Assembly (NCBI GenBank): GCA_949443285.1
Contig: CASSLW010000003.1
Span: forward strand, 2,340 to 66,339
Direction: 5' to 3'
Source of the DNA: an uncultured Clostridia bacterium
Lineage (GTDB): Bacteria > Bacillota > Clostridia > TANB77 > CAG-508
Length of the DNA: 64,000 bases
Shown here: in pieces, positions 1 to 10,357 of the stretch
How positions within the stretch are numbered: position 1 is the first letter of the stretch
How the letters are laid out: each line of letters opens with the position of its first letter
Translations under genes and position numbers: made by a program
Notes under the pieces: model-generated
Seen by the model: the letters and a program-made list of their open reading frames with translations, nothing else
Database searches by the model: none
Told to the model about the DNA's origin: nothing

Positions 1-518
1 CCAAGATATGCTTGTAAATCAGAAATTTGATTTTGTAAATCAGTAATATCACCAACTGTTGCAACTGCTGCTTGGTCAACTTGTAATGTTACATTATCTG
101 CATTTGATACAGTAGTTGTAAGTTTAAAATAAACCCCTGATACTGTTAAATTATTGTAAGGTGGCATATAAGCACCTTTATCTGAATTTTCAACACTTGC
201 TACTGCATATAATATTTCATTTTCATCAGGGTCTTTTGCATATAACCCTACTGAATTGATTTTATATCCAGCAGTTAATTTTGAATTTTCAAGTGCAGCT
301 TCAATTTGTACTGCAACATTATTTGTTCTTGTAATTTTTGAAATACTTGCTGTTTGTTTTACATTTGCCAAACTTGTTAATGCAAGAATCTGTGCTTCTG
401 TGTAAACATTTGTTGATGTTGATATTTTTGTAAATTCAACAGTTGTTTTTCCTGCTATTAACTTTGACATTAAGGCTTGACCTTTATTTGTTATTGTTAA
501 TTTATTAAATTCAGCCAT
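1..518 (-). CDS. tail fibre protein, N-terminal part; the gene continues past the window start
   Basis: Minus-strand ATG at 518 preceded by RBS AAAGGATGA; the translation MAEFNKLTITNKGQALMSKL... runs open to position 1; sits downstream of the baseplate genes as XkdV does in PBSX. Confidence 0.5.
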   Translation of the reverse strand, partial: MAEFNKLTITNKGQALMSKLIAGKTTVEFTKISTSTNVYTEAQILALTSLANVKQTASISKITRTNNVAVQIEAALENSKLTAGYKINSVGLYAKDPDENEILYAVASVENSDKGAYMPPYNNLTVSGVYFKLTTTVSNADNVTLQVDQAAVATVGDITDLQNQISDLQAYL

Positions 519-536
519 TTCTTTTCATCCTTTCTT

Positions 537-1316
537 TTATATAATTTCAGTCAAATTAACATTTGACCCAATTTTATTATCACTTTTTAGATTATAATTT
601 TCATTGAAATTATCTGTAATTTCAATTGATATAACATCTACAATTGCATTACCAATTTTAGTATCATTTTTTATTTGAATATCTTCATTGAAGTTATCTG
701 TAATTTCAATCATTTTTGTATTACCAATTACACCTGCATGTTTTGATTGTCCTGAAATTTCAAATGTTTCATCAAAATTATCAGTTATTTCAATCATATT
801 GCAAAATGTAATACCACTTGCTAACTTTGTTGTACCATCTGTCATGTTTAAATATATTTTATTATTAACAGTCATTGCAATGTTAGCTGGTATCATGTAA
901 TCAAGTATATAATCCAATTCTTCTGCTTGACCTGTAAGTTCAAGATGTGTTGTAATATCCATTGTATATTTATTTATATTTCTTTTTATGTCGTAATTAT
1001 TTTTTCCACATAATATATCTAATTTTTGACATAAGACAATAAAAGTATATGGAACTGTATCATTCCACCTTGTTAATACTCTTGAAATTCTTGATTCAAG
1101 TGTATCATCTATTTCAGGTGTAATTCCCATTAAACTTTCAAATTTTGCTATACCTTTTATATTACAACTCTGAATAAATTGATTATTAAAAATAATTTCT
1201 GTTTCATCTTCTGCACTTTGAAATTCAGGATTTTCAGCATTCATAATTGCCCTTATTTCTCTATATTCTTGAACAAATAATGGCAAATGTTTTAAAAGTT
1301 CAACATCTCTAATCAT
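537..1316 (-). CDS. XkdU/YmfQ-like (DUF2313) tail protein with a C-terminal triple IEITDNF repeat
   Basis: Lies after the baseplate J gene; N-terminus MIRDVELLKHLPLF resembles the DUF2313 start; three IEITDNF(D/N)E repeats. Confidence 0.5.
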   Translation of the reverse strand: MIRDVELLKHLPLFVQEYREIRAIMNAENPEFQSAEDETEIIFNNQFIQSCNIKGIAKFESLMGITPEIDDTLESRISRVLTRWNDTVPYTFIVLCQKLDILCGKNNYDIKRNINKYTMDITTHLELTGQAEELDYILDYMIPANIAMTVNNKIYLNMTDGTTKLASGITFCNMIEITDNFDETFEISGQSKHAGVIGNTKMIEITDNFNEDIQIKNDTKIGNAIVDVISIEITDNFNENYNLKSDNKIGSNVNLTEII

Positions 1317-2377
1317 TGACTAACACCCCCAAAAATAGGAACTTGATATTCTGTCAATGTTAAATTTGATGTTGAATTATTTATTTTAGTGTTTTGAATG
1401 TCCACTATTCCTTCAATCTGTAATATTCTTGTTTCTATTTGACTAATTCTAACAACTGTATTGGATTGATTTGCCCAATTTTTTCTTAATTCAAGTAAAT
1501 AGTTACTTATTGCATTTTGAATTGTTGTTTTTAATGAATTGAAATTATAACCTTCATCAAATCCAAATGTTGCTTTTATATTGATTGATATTTCTTCAAC
1601 AGTATTTACTGTAACAACATGTCCAATTGGTGCAATTCCAAGTCCTGTTCCATCTTTGGTTGGGTCAATTTCTTCTTGAACTGTTTTTATTAGTGCATTA
1701 CTTGCTTTGTTAAATTCTGAATCAAGTATTGTTAATAAAACTGTTCCACCACCTTGCCAAACTGGTGTAACTTTTGTTGAACCAACACCAGGAATTTCAT
1801 TTGTTTTTTGAATGTAATCTTTTTTATTTCCACCATATGGTTTGGTTTCAAATGAAGTAAAATACCTTTGTCTTAACGATTCAACATCTTCTTCATCTTC
1901 ACCTGGAATTAACAATTCATTTAATTTTGCTGTTTCCAACCCTTGAATATAATCAATAGGAATTAAATCACCAAAATTACCATTTCCACTACCCCCCAAA
2001 GTTTCACATTGTAGTTGATATTCACCATCTTGTATTTTAGAAATAACAACATAATTTAATTCATTACAACTAAACCTTGAACCTATTGGAATATTAAGTG
2101 AAGCAGGTGTGAATATTCCTTTTAATTTTGCATAAGTTGCAGGATAAGGTTCAATTCCCCTTTCTGCTACCCTTCTAACCAAATAATCTCTTTGTGCTGT
2201 ATCTGCAAAAGTTTCTTTTAAAATTGTATCTAATTCTATATACATAAGTTGAAGTTCAACCGCAGAAGGTGCAAGTGCATCATAAATAATTGACCCTTCC
2301 CTTTTATCCATATTATCAGGTATTCTGTCTAACATTCTTTGCAAAATAACTTCATATGTAATATCTTCATATGCCAT
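1313..2377 (-). CDS. baseplate J-like protein (XkdT-like)
   Basis: 354 aa; conserved position in the gene order; N-terminal pattern typical of the baseplate J family. Confidence 0.75.
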   Translation of the reverse strand: MAYEDITYEVILQRMLDRIPDNMDKREGSIIYDALAPSAVELQLMYIELDTILKETFADTAQRDYLVRRVAERGIEPYPATYAKLKGIFTPASLNIPIGSRFSCNELNYVVISKIQDGEYQLQCETLGGSGNGNFGDLIPIDYIQGLETAKLNELLIPGEDEEDVESLRQRYFTSFETKPYGGNKKDYIQKTNEIPGVGSTKVTPVWQGGGTVLLTILDSEFNKASNALIKTVQEEIDPTKDGTGLGIAPIGHVVTVNTVEEISINIKATFGFDEGYNFNSLKTTIQNAISNYLLELRKNWANQSNTVVRISQIETRILQIEGIVDIQNTKINNSTSNLTLTEYQVPIFGGVSQ

Positions 2378-2781
2378 TAGTAATTCACCACCTTTTCTTC
2401 TTCTAAATCACCATATATTGTATGCACACTAAATGTTACAAGCAATTTTCCTTTTTTAGAATAATCAAATTCAAAATTATCAATAGATTCAATTCGGTCA
2501 TCTTGAATTAGTGCTTCGATGATTCTTCTTTCTATTTCAGGACAAATATATGAAATTGGTTCACCATATAAATCTAATGTTTCAATTCCATAATCCCATG
2601 AATAAATTATATATTGGTATCTTTCAGTATTTAATATTTTATAAATGACTTGATGCATTGCTTCTAATTCATTAACATGTCCGTTTATAAACTTTTCAGT
2701 AAAAAACATTTTGTAATTTTCACTTCCTTGTGTTTCCACTTGAATTTCAGTTGTTAATATACTATTCATGCTTGGTATCAT
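2377..2781 (-). CDS. XkdS-like small baseplate protein (DUF2634)
   Basis: 134 aa, conserved position; start codon overlaps the stop of its neighbour. Confidence 0.5.
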   Translation of the reverse strand: MIPSMNSILTTEIQVETQGSENYKMFFTEKFINGHVNELEAMHQVIYKILNTERYQYIIYSWDYGIETLDLYGEPISYICPEIERRIIEALIQDDRIESIDNFEFDYSKKGKLLVTFSVHTIYGDLEEEKVVNY

Positions 2782-2784
2782 CTT

Positions 2785-3297
2785 TTACACCACCTTATCT
2801 ATAACAATATATTTTTGACCGCCTTGCATTCTTAATAAAAGAACTTCATCACCAACTTCCAACCCATTGTGGATTGTCATTGACTTTCTTCCATCAATTG
2901 AATGATTATGCGATAAGTTTATATTTTTTTGTTCAACTGCCATTGTGTTAGTAACATTATTTTGAATTGTGATATTTTCATTATCAGGATTTGGTGAAAC
3001 TGTTGCTTTTGAATCAACTGAAACATCACCTGAAAGTTCATGTGCATGATTTGCATTCATTGATTTTGTTTCTGTTAACCAATGAACTGTTGCTTCTGTT
3101 TCATAATCAGTAACATTTCTTGTTAACACTAATTGTGCAGAATGTAATACCATTTTTTGTTCAACATTTATTTCAAGTGGTGAAACACTTAAAACTTTTC
3201 CGTACATTACTGCAACAGGTTTTGATGCTTCTACTGCTTCACTTGCTGCTTTTTTTATAGAATTTAATAAATCATTTATATCAAGCAACAAATTCAC
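2785..3297 (-). CDS. XkdR-like tail protein
   Basis: 170 aa, synteny with the PBSX tail module. Confidence 0.45.
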   Translation of the reverse strand: MNLLLDINDLLNSIKKAASEAVEASKPVAVMYGKVLSVSPLEINVEQKMVLHSAQLVLTRNVTDYETEATVHWLTETKSMNANHAHELSGDVSVDSKATVSPNPDNENITIQNNVTNTMAVEQKNINLSHNHSIDGRKSMTIHNGLEVGDEVLLLRMQGGQKYIVIDKVV

Positions 3298-4252
3298 CCC
3301 CTTTAAGTGTTAAATCCATAAAATGTTCGCTTTCATTAAATGTATGTGTGCATTTTTCTACTAACATCAATTTTAATAACTGAACATCACCCAAGTCCAA
3401 TTTTACTGGTATCATGCATCCTGCTCTTACCCTAACATCACCAATCATATTTTTAATCGAAAGGTTTCTTTGTTTTTTATTATATAGTTCAAGTAATGCA
3501 TTTGCTTTTGTTTGTCCGTTTTCACCATCTTGTAAAGTATCATAGTATTGAAGAACACCCCATTCATTTATTTTTGATGAATCTTTTGCCATATAAACAT
3601 CCCTTTTTCCTGTTTTTTCATTCTCTCTTGTTAATTTGATTTGATTATATGTTTCTTCATCAATTGTTGATTTATAGTCATAATTTTCTGCTGTTTCTTC
3701 ATCAATTAAACAGTCTAAAACCATTGATGCAATATTTTTTAAAGTAACCTTTCCAAAATCATCATATAATACATATAATTCTTTTCTGTTTTGAACTGTT
3801 ATATCTATTGCATTTTGAACCATATCAAATAAAGTTGTATTTTCTTCAACCCTAGATGCTATCTTAAAACCAGTATTTTCAATTGTTCCTGTTTGCATTC
3901 TAAAATCGTTTGCTAACATTTTTACAAGTTCACCTGCTGTTTTGTTTTCATAAACATATGTGTCCTTGTTTTTAAAGTATCTTAATTGGTCATATGCAGT
4001 AATAGTAACAACCTTGTCTTTATCTGTTTTTTTAGAAAAAATAAATCCAAAAAATATGTTGTTATCATCTTTTTTTAATCTTACTGCATTACCTTCTGTT
4101 ATATTTTTTATTGTGTCATCCATAATTATGTCGAATTTTAATTCACCTGGATAACTTTTTCTTTCAGTTTTCCAAGTAATATCCCCACTAATAGCTGGTT
4201 GATATACTTTATCACCATTTTGAATAAGTAATTCATATGCCATAAAATACAC
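3281..4252 (-). CDS. XkdQ-like / late control gene D-like tail protein
   Basis: 323 aa, positioned between the LysM protein and XkdR. Confidence 0.5.
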   Translation of the reverse strand: MYFMAYELLIQNGDKVYQPAISGDITWKTERKSYPGELKFDIIMDDTIKNITEGNAVRLKKDDNNIFFGFIFSKKTDKDKVVTITAYDQLRYFKNKDTYVYENKTAGELVKMLANDFRMQTGTIENTGFKIASRVEENTTLFDMVQNAIDITVQNRKELYVLYDDFGKVTLKNIASMVLDCLIDEETAENYDYKSTIDEETYNQIKLTRENEKTGKRDVYMAKDSSKINEWGVLQYYDTLQDGENGQTKANALLELYNKKQRNLSIKNMIGDVRVRAGCMIPVKLDLGDVQLLKLMLVEKCTHTFNESEHFMDLTLKGGEFVA

Positions 4253-4259
4253 CCCATTT

Positions 4260-4946
4260 CTAAACTGGGATTGTCAATACTTGTCCTGGATATATAAGAT
4301 TAGGGTTTTTTATTTTATCCCTATTTGCATTATATATTTTTGTGTATTGACTGCCATTTCCATAAAATTTTTTTGCTATATTCCACAAACAATCCCCCCT
4401 AACAACTGTATATGTTTTATTTTGTTGTTTAGGTGCAGGTGATGATGTTGTTGCCCTTGTAGGTGCAGGTGTTGGTGCAACTGCAACTGGCTTTTGTGTT
4501 GTTGGAAATTTTATTTTACAAATTTTTGTACCAAAATCCCTATATTGTTTTAATTTAAAAGTAATAACAACATCCATCCCTTCTTTTTTATCTTCTTTGA
4601 TTGTATATTCTTCAAGGGAAACTTTAATGTTTGTGTTAAATAATCCTTTTCCATTTGGATATGTTCTTGAAACTATAAATTGAAATGGTTGTTGATTTGT
4701 TTTCAATTTTTCAATAGCTTCAAGAAAAGGTTTGGCATTTTGAAAGCCATTTTTATAAACTGCGAATGGATATTTAACATTTGGAATCATTGCATCAAAT
4801 TCTATTTCTGTTAAACCTGCTTTTTTTAAAATGTTAATTTCACCTTCATTTATTTCAATTAAAGTTTTATTCTTATTTTTAGTTTTAATTGTTAATTTTG
4901 AAGGTGTGACAGGTAGTAACAATTTATCTAAATATACATAATACAT
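4260..4946 (-). CDS. LysM-domain tail protein (XkdP-like)
   Basis: C-terminal LysM motif YTVVRGDCLWNIAKKFYG...YPGQVLTIP; Pro/Thr linker. Confidence 0.75.
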   Translation of the reverse strand: MYYVYLDKLLLPVTPSKLTIKTKNKNKTLIEINEGEINILKKAGLTEIEFDAMIPNVKYPFAVYKNGFQNAKPFLEAIEKLKTNQQPFQFIVSRTYPNGKGLFNTNIKVSLEEYTIKEDKKEGMDVVITFKLKQYRDFGTKICKIKFPTTQKPVAVAPTPAPTRATTSSPAPKQQNKTYTVVRGDCLWNIAKKFYGNGSQYTKIYNANRDKIKNPNLIYPGQVLTIPV

Positions 4947-7156
4947 TATTCATGCACCCCTTCCGCAGCTTTTTCCATGGCTTCATTTACACCATTTGCT
5001 AAATGGTCTACAACACCATCAATATCCATTTCATTGTTAATATTATTATTGTTTGTCATTTCAACTGTTATTTCAGCTGTTGTAAATCTATTTATTGTTT
5101 CTGTTTCTGCTAAATCTCTTAAATATTTCAAATCTTCTTCACTTACTTGTAAAGTATCATTGATTTTACCTGTATTATTAGCTGTTGTTGCAGCATTAGT
5201 TGGTATGCTATCCATGTTTAAACTGCTCATTGTGTCATCTACTGTACTTTTTAATGAACTTCCAAGATTTCCAATAGAATTTTCTATTCCTTGCCCCCAG
5301 TTATAACCTGTATTCCAAGCATCACCATATTCCCATCTTTTAAGTCCTAAACTTTCAGAACTTAAATTCAATTCTTCTGCAACTTTTTCATATGAACCAT
5401 TTCCATATTGATTTGCAACTTTTTCAACCATTCCACTTAAACCACTTCGCCATCCTTGAACTGCACCAGCAAGATTTGAACCAAATACTTTATCAAGTGC
5501 TTTGGCAATACTTTCTATTACACCAAGGATGCTATCTGCAAAATCCCCAAAAAGATGAACAATCGCACCAATTGGGTCATTAAATAAATTTGCAAAAAAG
5601 TTTGCAAAAGAAATCCATGGGTTAACCATAGCATTTATTACACCAAGAACTAAATCAAGTAATCCCAAAAATAAATTCCAAATAAATGCCACCGCAGTTG
5701 TTAATGCACCTACAATTACACCTGTTGCACTAATACTTGAACCTGTTATTTTATTTATGGCAGCTATAACCAAATAAATAGCAGCTATAACTGCTATTAT
5801 AATAATTAGTATCCAAGTTAATGGACATGCAAGAAGTGCTGCATTAAATCCATATTGTGCTGCGGTAGCTGCAAAAGTTGCACCTGTTTGCATTGCAAGT
5901 GCTGCTGCATGTACAGTTGTTGCAATTGTTTTTGCAGTTGTAATTGCTGTTGAAATTCCTTGAATTGTGTTATATATCAACAAAGCACCATAATACAATG
6001 TTAATGCACCTACAATTCCTAAAATAATTGGTTCAATAATTGTCCAATTATTTCCAATGAATTCTGCAACTTGTTGTATTAAATTTATCGCAGGTGATAA
6101 AAATGAAATCATATTACTTGCTGCATTACCAACCATCGAAAGCATCTTTTCAATACCACTTCCAAGGTTTTGTATATTACTTTGTATTGTTCCAAAACCT
6201 GCTTTCGTTAGTCCTGCATTTATACTTTCAATAAGTGATGTAATTCCCCTTGTAACTGCTGATTTCATGTTTGCAATTGAAGTTGCAAATCCACCAGTTG
6301 AATTTCTTGCTTGTTCTTCAAAACTTTGAAAACCATTTGCACCTTTTTCATTAAGTTGAATGAAAGTATCCATGAACTTGTCCATGCTCGTTTTTCCACT
6401 TCTTAATGATTCACCAAGTGCATTTGCATTCACAAAGCCCATTGCTTGGGCAACTTGTTTTAATTGTGCTGGCATCGCTGTCATTGCAGTTCGCCATTCC
6501 ATCATATCAGGTTTACCTTTTGCATATGCTTGTGATAATTGTTCCAAAGCAGATTGTTGAACTTGTGTACTACCACCACCAGCAAGAATTGCATTATTTA
6601 ATGCTAAAAACATTTTTGTACTTTTACCAACACTACCATTTACACTTGTTAAATTTTGAACTGAACTTACTGCATCATTTAATGTAGTTGGAAGTCCTTT
6701 CAAATTTTCACTTAACATTTTTATTGAAGCATTTGATTGGTCTGTACTAATTCCAAGGTTTGACATTACTTTTGGGAAATTGTTCATGGTGTCCAATCTG
6801 TCAATTGCACTTCCAAATTGATTTGATATTAAACCACCTATTTTTTGAATAACACTAAATCCCATTAAGGTTTGAAGTAATGACTTGGCTGAAATATTTG
6901 CAGCATCAAATTTTTTTGGCATTTTATCATTTTCATTATTGGTTTTTCTAATATTATCTTCCATTGCTTTAATGGAAGCATTTGCTTCATCAATTGATAT
7001 TCTAGCAGAATTTATTTTTGAATCATCAAATGTACTGCCAAGTGATGATTTAAAATCTTCAAAAACATTTAATGTTGAATCCAAAGCGGAAGTAATTGAA
7101 TGTAATGGATATGACATTCTATCAGTCAATTCAATTGCTGTACTAATACTAGACAT
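4946..7156 (-). CDS. tail tape measure protein
   Basis: 736 aa, Ala/Gly-rich with a hydrophobic central segment; located after the chaperone genes. Confidence 0.8.
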   Translation of the reverse strand: MSSISTAIELTDRMSYPLHSITSALDSTLNVFEDFKSSLGSTFDDSKINSARISIDEANASIKAMEDNIRKTNNENDKMPKKFDAANISAKSLLQTLMGFSVIQKIGGLISNQFGSAIDRLDTMNNFPKVMSNLGISTDQSNASIKMLSENLKGLPTTLNDAVSSVQNLTSVNGSVGKSTKMFLALNNAILAGGGSTQVQQSALEQLSQAYAKGKPDMMEWRTAMTAMPAQLKQVAQAMGFVNANALGESLRSGKTSMDKFMDTFIQLNEKGANGFQSFEEQARNSTGGFATSIANMKSAVTRGITSLIESINAGLTKAGFGTIQSNIQNLGSGIEKMLSMVGNAASNMISFLSPAINLIQQVAEFIGNNWTIIEPIILGIVGALTLYYGALLIYNTIQGISTAITTAKTIATTVHAAALAMQTGATFAATAAQYGFNAALLACPLTWILIIIIAVIAAIYLVIAAINKITGSSISATGVIVGALTTAVAFIWNLFLGLLDLVLGVINAMVNPWISFANFFANLFNDPIGAIVHLFGDFADSILGVIESIAKALDKVFGSNLAGAVQGWRSGLSGMVEKVANQYGNGSYEKVAEELNLSSESLGLKRWEYGDAWNTGYNWGQGIENSIGNLGSSLKSTVDDTMSSLNMDSIPTNAATTANNTGKINDTLQVSEEDLKYLRDLAETETINRFTTAEITVEMTNNNNINNEMDIDGVVDHLANGVNEAMEKAAEGVHE

Positions 7157-7172
7157 TACTGTTCACTTCCTT

Positions 7173-7364
7173 TCACTTCTTTTTACCTTTATTTTTCATT
7201 TTTGCAGATTCTTTCTTTTCTTTTTCAGTTTTTATTTGAATTGCTGCAATTATAAAGGCTTTTTCATTATCATCTAAATCATTAAATTTTGAAGGAAGCC
7301 AATGAAATTTATGAAGACAGTAATAAGCATATGATGCTTCACTATCTTCATTTATTAGTTTTTT
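7173..7364 (-). other. programmed -1 ribosomal frameshift extension of the tail chaperone (G/GT-like)
   Basis: Slippery heptamer A_AAA_AAC lies immediately 5' of the stop (plus-strand 7358-7364); the -1 frame stays open for about 61 codons (KKLINEDSEASY...KGKKK) to a stop at 7173-7175, just before the tape-measure start. Confidence 0.6.
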
Positions 7365-7795
7365 GCTTTTTCAACTTTTTCATTTACACCTTCATTGAAA
7401 CCATTATATTCATTGATGAATTTACCAAAATCATTGTATTCACCAGGATTATCAATCATTTCTGTAAGCAAGTCTTCTGGTGTCATTACACCATATGAAT
7501 CTTGTAATGTTTTATCATTAAGATTTGGTTCAACTATTGATGCAACCATCATTTTTGTTAATACTTTTGTTGAATCAATTTTGCTTCTAAACATGTTTGG
7601 TTTTCCTGGTACTTGTTCTTGAATTGTACATTCATCTGTTATTCTGTTTGTTTCTTTTGATGTAAGTGGTCTTATTTCCCATAATAATGGTTGACCTTTT
7701 TCATCAGTTAATGATTTCGTTGCTGCATAATGTGTATTTTCTTTCTTTATTTTATTTTCTTTTAAAAATCTGTTTAAATTTGACATTTCTATCAA
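7355..7795 (-). CDS. tail assembly chaperone (XkdN-like), short form
   Basis: 146 aa, between the tube and tape measure genes. Confidence 0.65.
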   Translation of the reverse strand: MIEMSNLNRFLKENKIKKENTHYAATKSLTDEKGQPLLWEIRPLTSKETNRITDECTIQEQVPGKPNMFRSKIDSTKVLTKMMVASIVEPNLNDKTLQDSYGVMTPEDLLTEMIDNPGEYNDFGKFINEYNGFNEGVNEKVEKAKN

Positions 7796-7887
7796 TTCCT
7801 TTCTTATGATATTAAAAAATACCCAAGCCTTATCAATATAAAATTTTTATATTATATAAGCCTTGGGTAACACTCTAATTATTATTT

Positions 7888-8364
7888 TTATAACATACCA
7901 TCTAGTAGTTTGAATGTTTCAGGCATTTTGAAATCTTCAAAAGTTCCATCACAATCTTCATCTAGGTATTCACCATCAGCATCAAATTTTGCAAGTATTC
8001 CACCATCAATGTTACAATCAATAAAGACAACAGTTTGTCTTCCAACACTTGATGTTGGGTCTTCATTTGTAACTTGAATTTCAAAATATGTATCTTCGCC
8101 AGTATTTTTAAAGTTTTCAAGCATTTTTCTTAATACTGATTGGTTATAATGCATTGTGGCTGAAAAAGTTCCTTTCCAACCTGTTGATTTATTTCCATTT
8201 CCTGGTTTACCAAGAATAGGCACTTCTGTTTTTGTTTTTTCAAATTGTGCTTCAAAGTTTATCATTTGCATAAAATTATAACGATTGTTTCCAATTGTTA
8301 TAAAACATTCAGCTAATTTTGCAGATAATGTATCCTTTGCTTTCATTACAACATTATTAGACAT
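7888..8364 (-). CDS. tail tube protein (XkdM-like)
   Basis: 158 aa, immediately downstream of the sheath gene. Confidence 0.7.
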   Translation of the reverse strand: MSNNVVMKAKDTLSAKLAECFITIGNNRYNFMQMINFEAQFEKTKTEVPILGKPGNGNKSTGWKGTFSATMHYNQSVLRKMLENFKNTGEDTYFEIQVTNEDPTSSVGRQTVVFIDCNIDGGILAKFDADGEYLDEDCDGTFEDFKMPETFKLLDGML

Positions 8365-8380
8365 TACAAATTCCCCCTTC

Positions 8381-9688
8381 CTATGCTATTTTTACAGTCA
8401 TATATAGTTGTGACATTGCATTTATTACCGTTATAACATCATTGATAACAACTGATGTTTTTGTATTTCCAGCTTCAACTGTTATGTTTTCATCTGTGAA
8501 ATCTTCAATCGCACCAATATCTTGTAGTTGTGTATGATGTTTTACAATGTCTGTCCATAAACTTATTCTTCCACTTTCATTATTTGGTACATTTCCCAAA
8601 TATTTTGTGTTGAATAATACTGCAATATCATTTGCAATTTGGTCTGCAACTCTAATTGTTTGATTATTTTTGAAAATATCACCTTTTGTTTCAGAAGTTG
8701 TAACAAGTGAATTTACATCTTCTAATATTCTAACTTCATTATTGACATTGTGAAGTACCAATTTTCCAGCTTGAATTGCATCTTCTAATTGTGATTGTGT
8801 ATAATCTGTGTTAACTTCAAATTCACCAGTATATATTTTGTTTAAACAAGTTTTATTGATAGCACAATTTGCTTCAATTCCTGTCATAAAATATATAATT
8901 GATGATTTATCAAAATTATCATCAGTTTTTACATTATTTATAACATTGATAACACCTTCATAATCAGCAGCAATATCATGTAAAACTGCTTGGAATTTCG
9001 CACCAACTTCATCTCTCATTCTTTTTGTGAATGCAACAATTAAATTTTTAATTGTATTATCTGTTGTTACAACACCCATAATGTTAAATGTAAATGATTC
9101 AATCTTATCTAAATATTTTTGATAAGCTGTACCATTTACTTCTGAATTTGTTCCACCTGTCATTGCTGTTCCTGCTGTAACTGCTAATGTAGCATTTGTT
9201 TTATAAGATACATAATCATTATCTACAAGTTCAGATGCTTTACTTACTGTTTGTTCATCAACAATTATTGTATCTAAAACAGTTTTTACATCGAATTTTG
9301 TTTCATCATCTACATTCTTTTGAATTATAGTTTTTATATCATTACCCCTTGTTCCTGCATATTTTGCAGTTGCAAAAGTATTTGATGCTTTTGCACCATC
9401 ACCATTTAATCTAAATGCATAAAGTATTCTTGCATTTAAGAATAAATCCCTTAAACCTTTCATTTTGTCATGTGAATAATCATAACCAAATAATTTTAAG
9501 GCATTTTTTTGAAAATCTGAATTTGTAACTTCAATTACTTTATCAGATTCACCCCAGTCTAAAATTAAAGGCATTGTAACAATACCCCTATCTGAAAGAC
9601 CAGCATTTGCTTTATTAAGTGATACAAAATTTATATAAGAACCTGGAAGTATTTTGTTTTGTGCTGTAAATGTTCCACCACCTAGCAT
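8381..9688 (-). CDS. contractile tail sheath protein
   Basis: 435 aa, conserved position and length. Confidence 0.8.
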   Translation of the reverse strand: MLGGGTFTAQNKILPGSYINFVSLNKANAGLSDRGIVTMPLILDWGESDKVIEVTNSDFQKNALKLFGYDYSHDKMKGLRDLFLNARILYAFRLNGDGAKASNTFATAKYAGTRGNDIKTIIQKNVDDETKFDVKTVLDTIIVDEQTVSKASELVDNDYVSYKTNATLAVTAGTAMTGGTNSEVNGTAYQKYLDKIESFTFNIMGVVTTDNTIKNLIVAFTKRMRDEVGAKFQAVLHDIAADYEGVINVINNVKTDDNFDKSSIIYFMTGIEANCAINKTCLNKIYTGEFEVNTDYTQSQLEDAIQAGKLVLHNVNNEVRILEDVNSLVTTSETKGDIFKNNQTIRVADQIANDIAVLFNTKYLGNVPNNESGRISLWTDIVKHHTQLQDIGAIEDFTDENITVEAGNTKTSVVINDVITVINAMSQLYMTVKIA

Positions 9689-9690
9689 AA

Positions 9691-9888
9691 TTAAATCACC
9701 TTACCTTTCTTGAATTTTTCAATTATTTCTTGTGCTTCTTTTTTTGTATATTCTTTATTATTTTCAAGTGTTGCACTTAAAATATCTTTATTATTACTAA
9801 ATAATTTTGAAGAAATAAGTTGTTCTTTTGTGAATTTATTTTCAATTACAACTTTCTTTTCTTCTTTTTTAATATTTTCTTTTCCCAT
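9691..9888 (-). CDS. small Lys/Glu-rich phage protein
   Basis: 65-aa ORF tightly packed in the operon. Confidence 0.35.
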   Translation of the reverse strand: MGKENIKKEEKKVVIENKFTKEQLISSKLFSNNKDILSATLENNKEYTKKEAQEIIEKFKKGKVI

Positions 9889-9895
9889 AACAGAA

Positions 9896-10357
9896 TCATC
9901 CTTCCTTTACATCAGTAGTATAATCATAAGAATTCATTGGTGTTGTTTTTTCTTCTATTTTATTAACATACATGTCATAATTCACAAAAAAATGTAAAAC
10001 ACCATCATCATATTCACCATTCATTTTTGTTCCCATTGTTTTACTTATACTTGTTTTACCTTCAAAGATTTCTTCTATTTCAATATATTCCAAAATTTGA
10101 TACATTTTTTCAAGTATCTGTTGGCATTCCAATCTTTTTTCTTTTGAAGAAGGAAAATAATGAATGCAAAATTGATTTTGTCTGAAATATCTATTTTGTC
10201 TAAATAGATTATTTGTGGGATTTATACACACAATTGAAAAACAAGGTTCTTTAAGACCTTGTTCAATTTCTTCTGTATATATTTCATAACTATTACCAAA
10301 TTCTTTATTGATTGCTTTACTGATTCCATCAATAATTTTATTTATCATGTGAAGCAT
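9896..10357 (-). CDS. phage neck / tail-completion protein
   Basis: 153 aa, synteny. Confidence 0.4.
   Translation of the reverse strand: MLHMINKIIDGISKAINKEFGNSYEIYTEEIEQGLKEPCFSIVCINPTNNLFRQNRYFRQNQFCIHYFPSSKEKRLECQQILEKMYQILEYIEIEEIFEGKTSISKTMGTKMNGEYDDGVLHFFVNYDMYVNKIEEKTTPMNSYDYTTDVKEG

Noticed and set aside
688-900. Plus-strand ORFs embedded antisense in minus-strand phage genes (for example 688-900, 3960-4154, 4977-5306, 6057-6687, 12885-13410, 42123-42874, 44760-45504)
   Set aside because: Hydrophobic, low-complexity translations typical of the antisense frame in AT-rich coding DNA. No RBS support, and they disrupt an otherwise compact operon structure.
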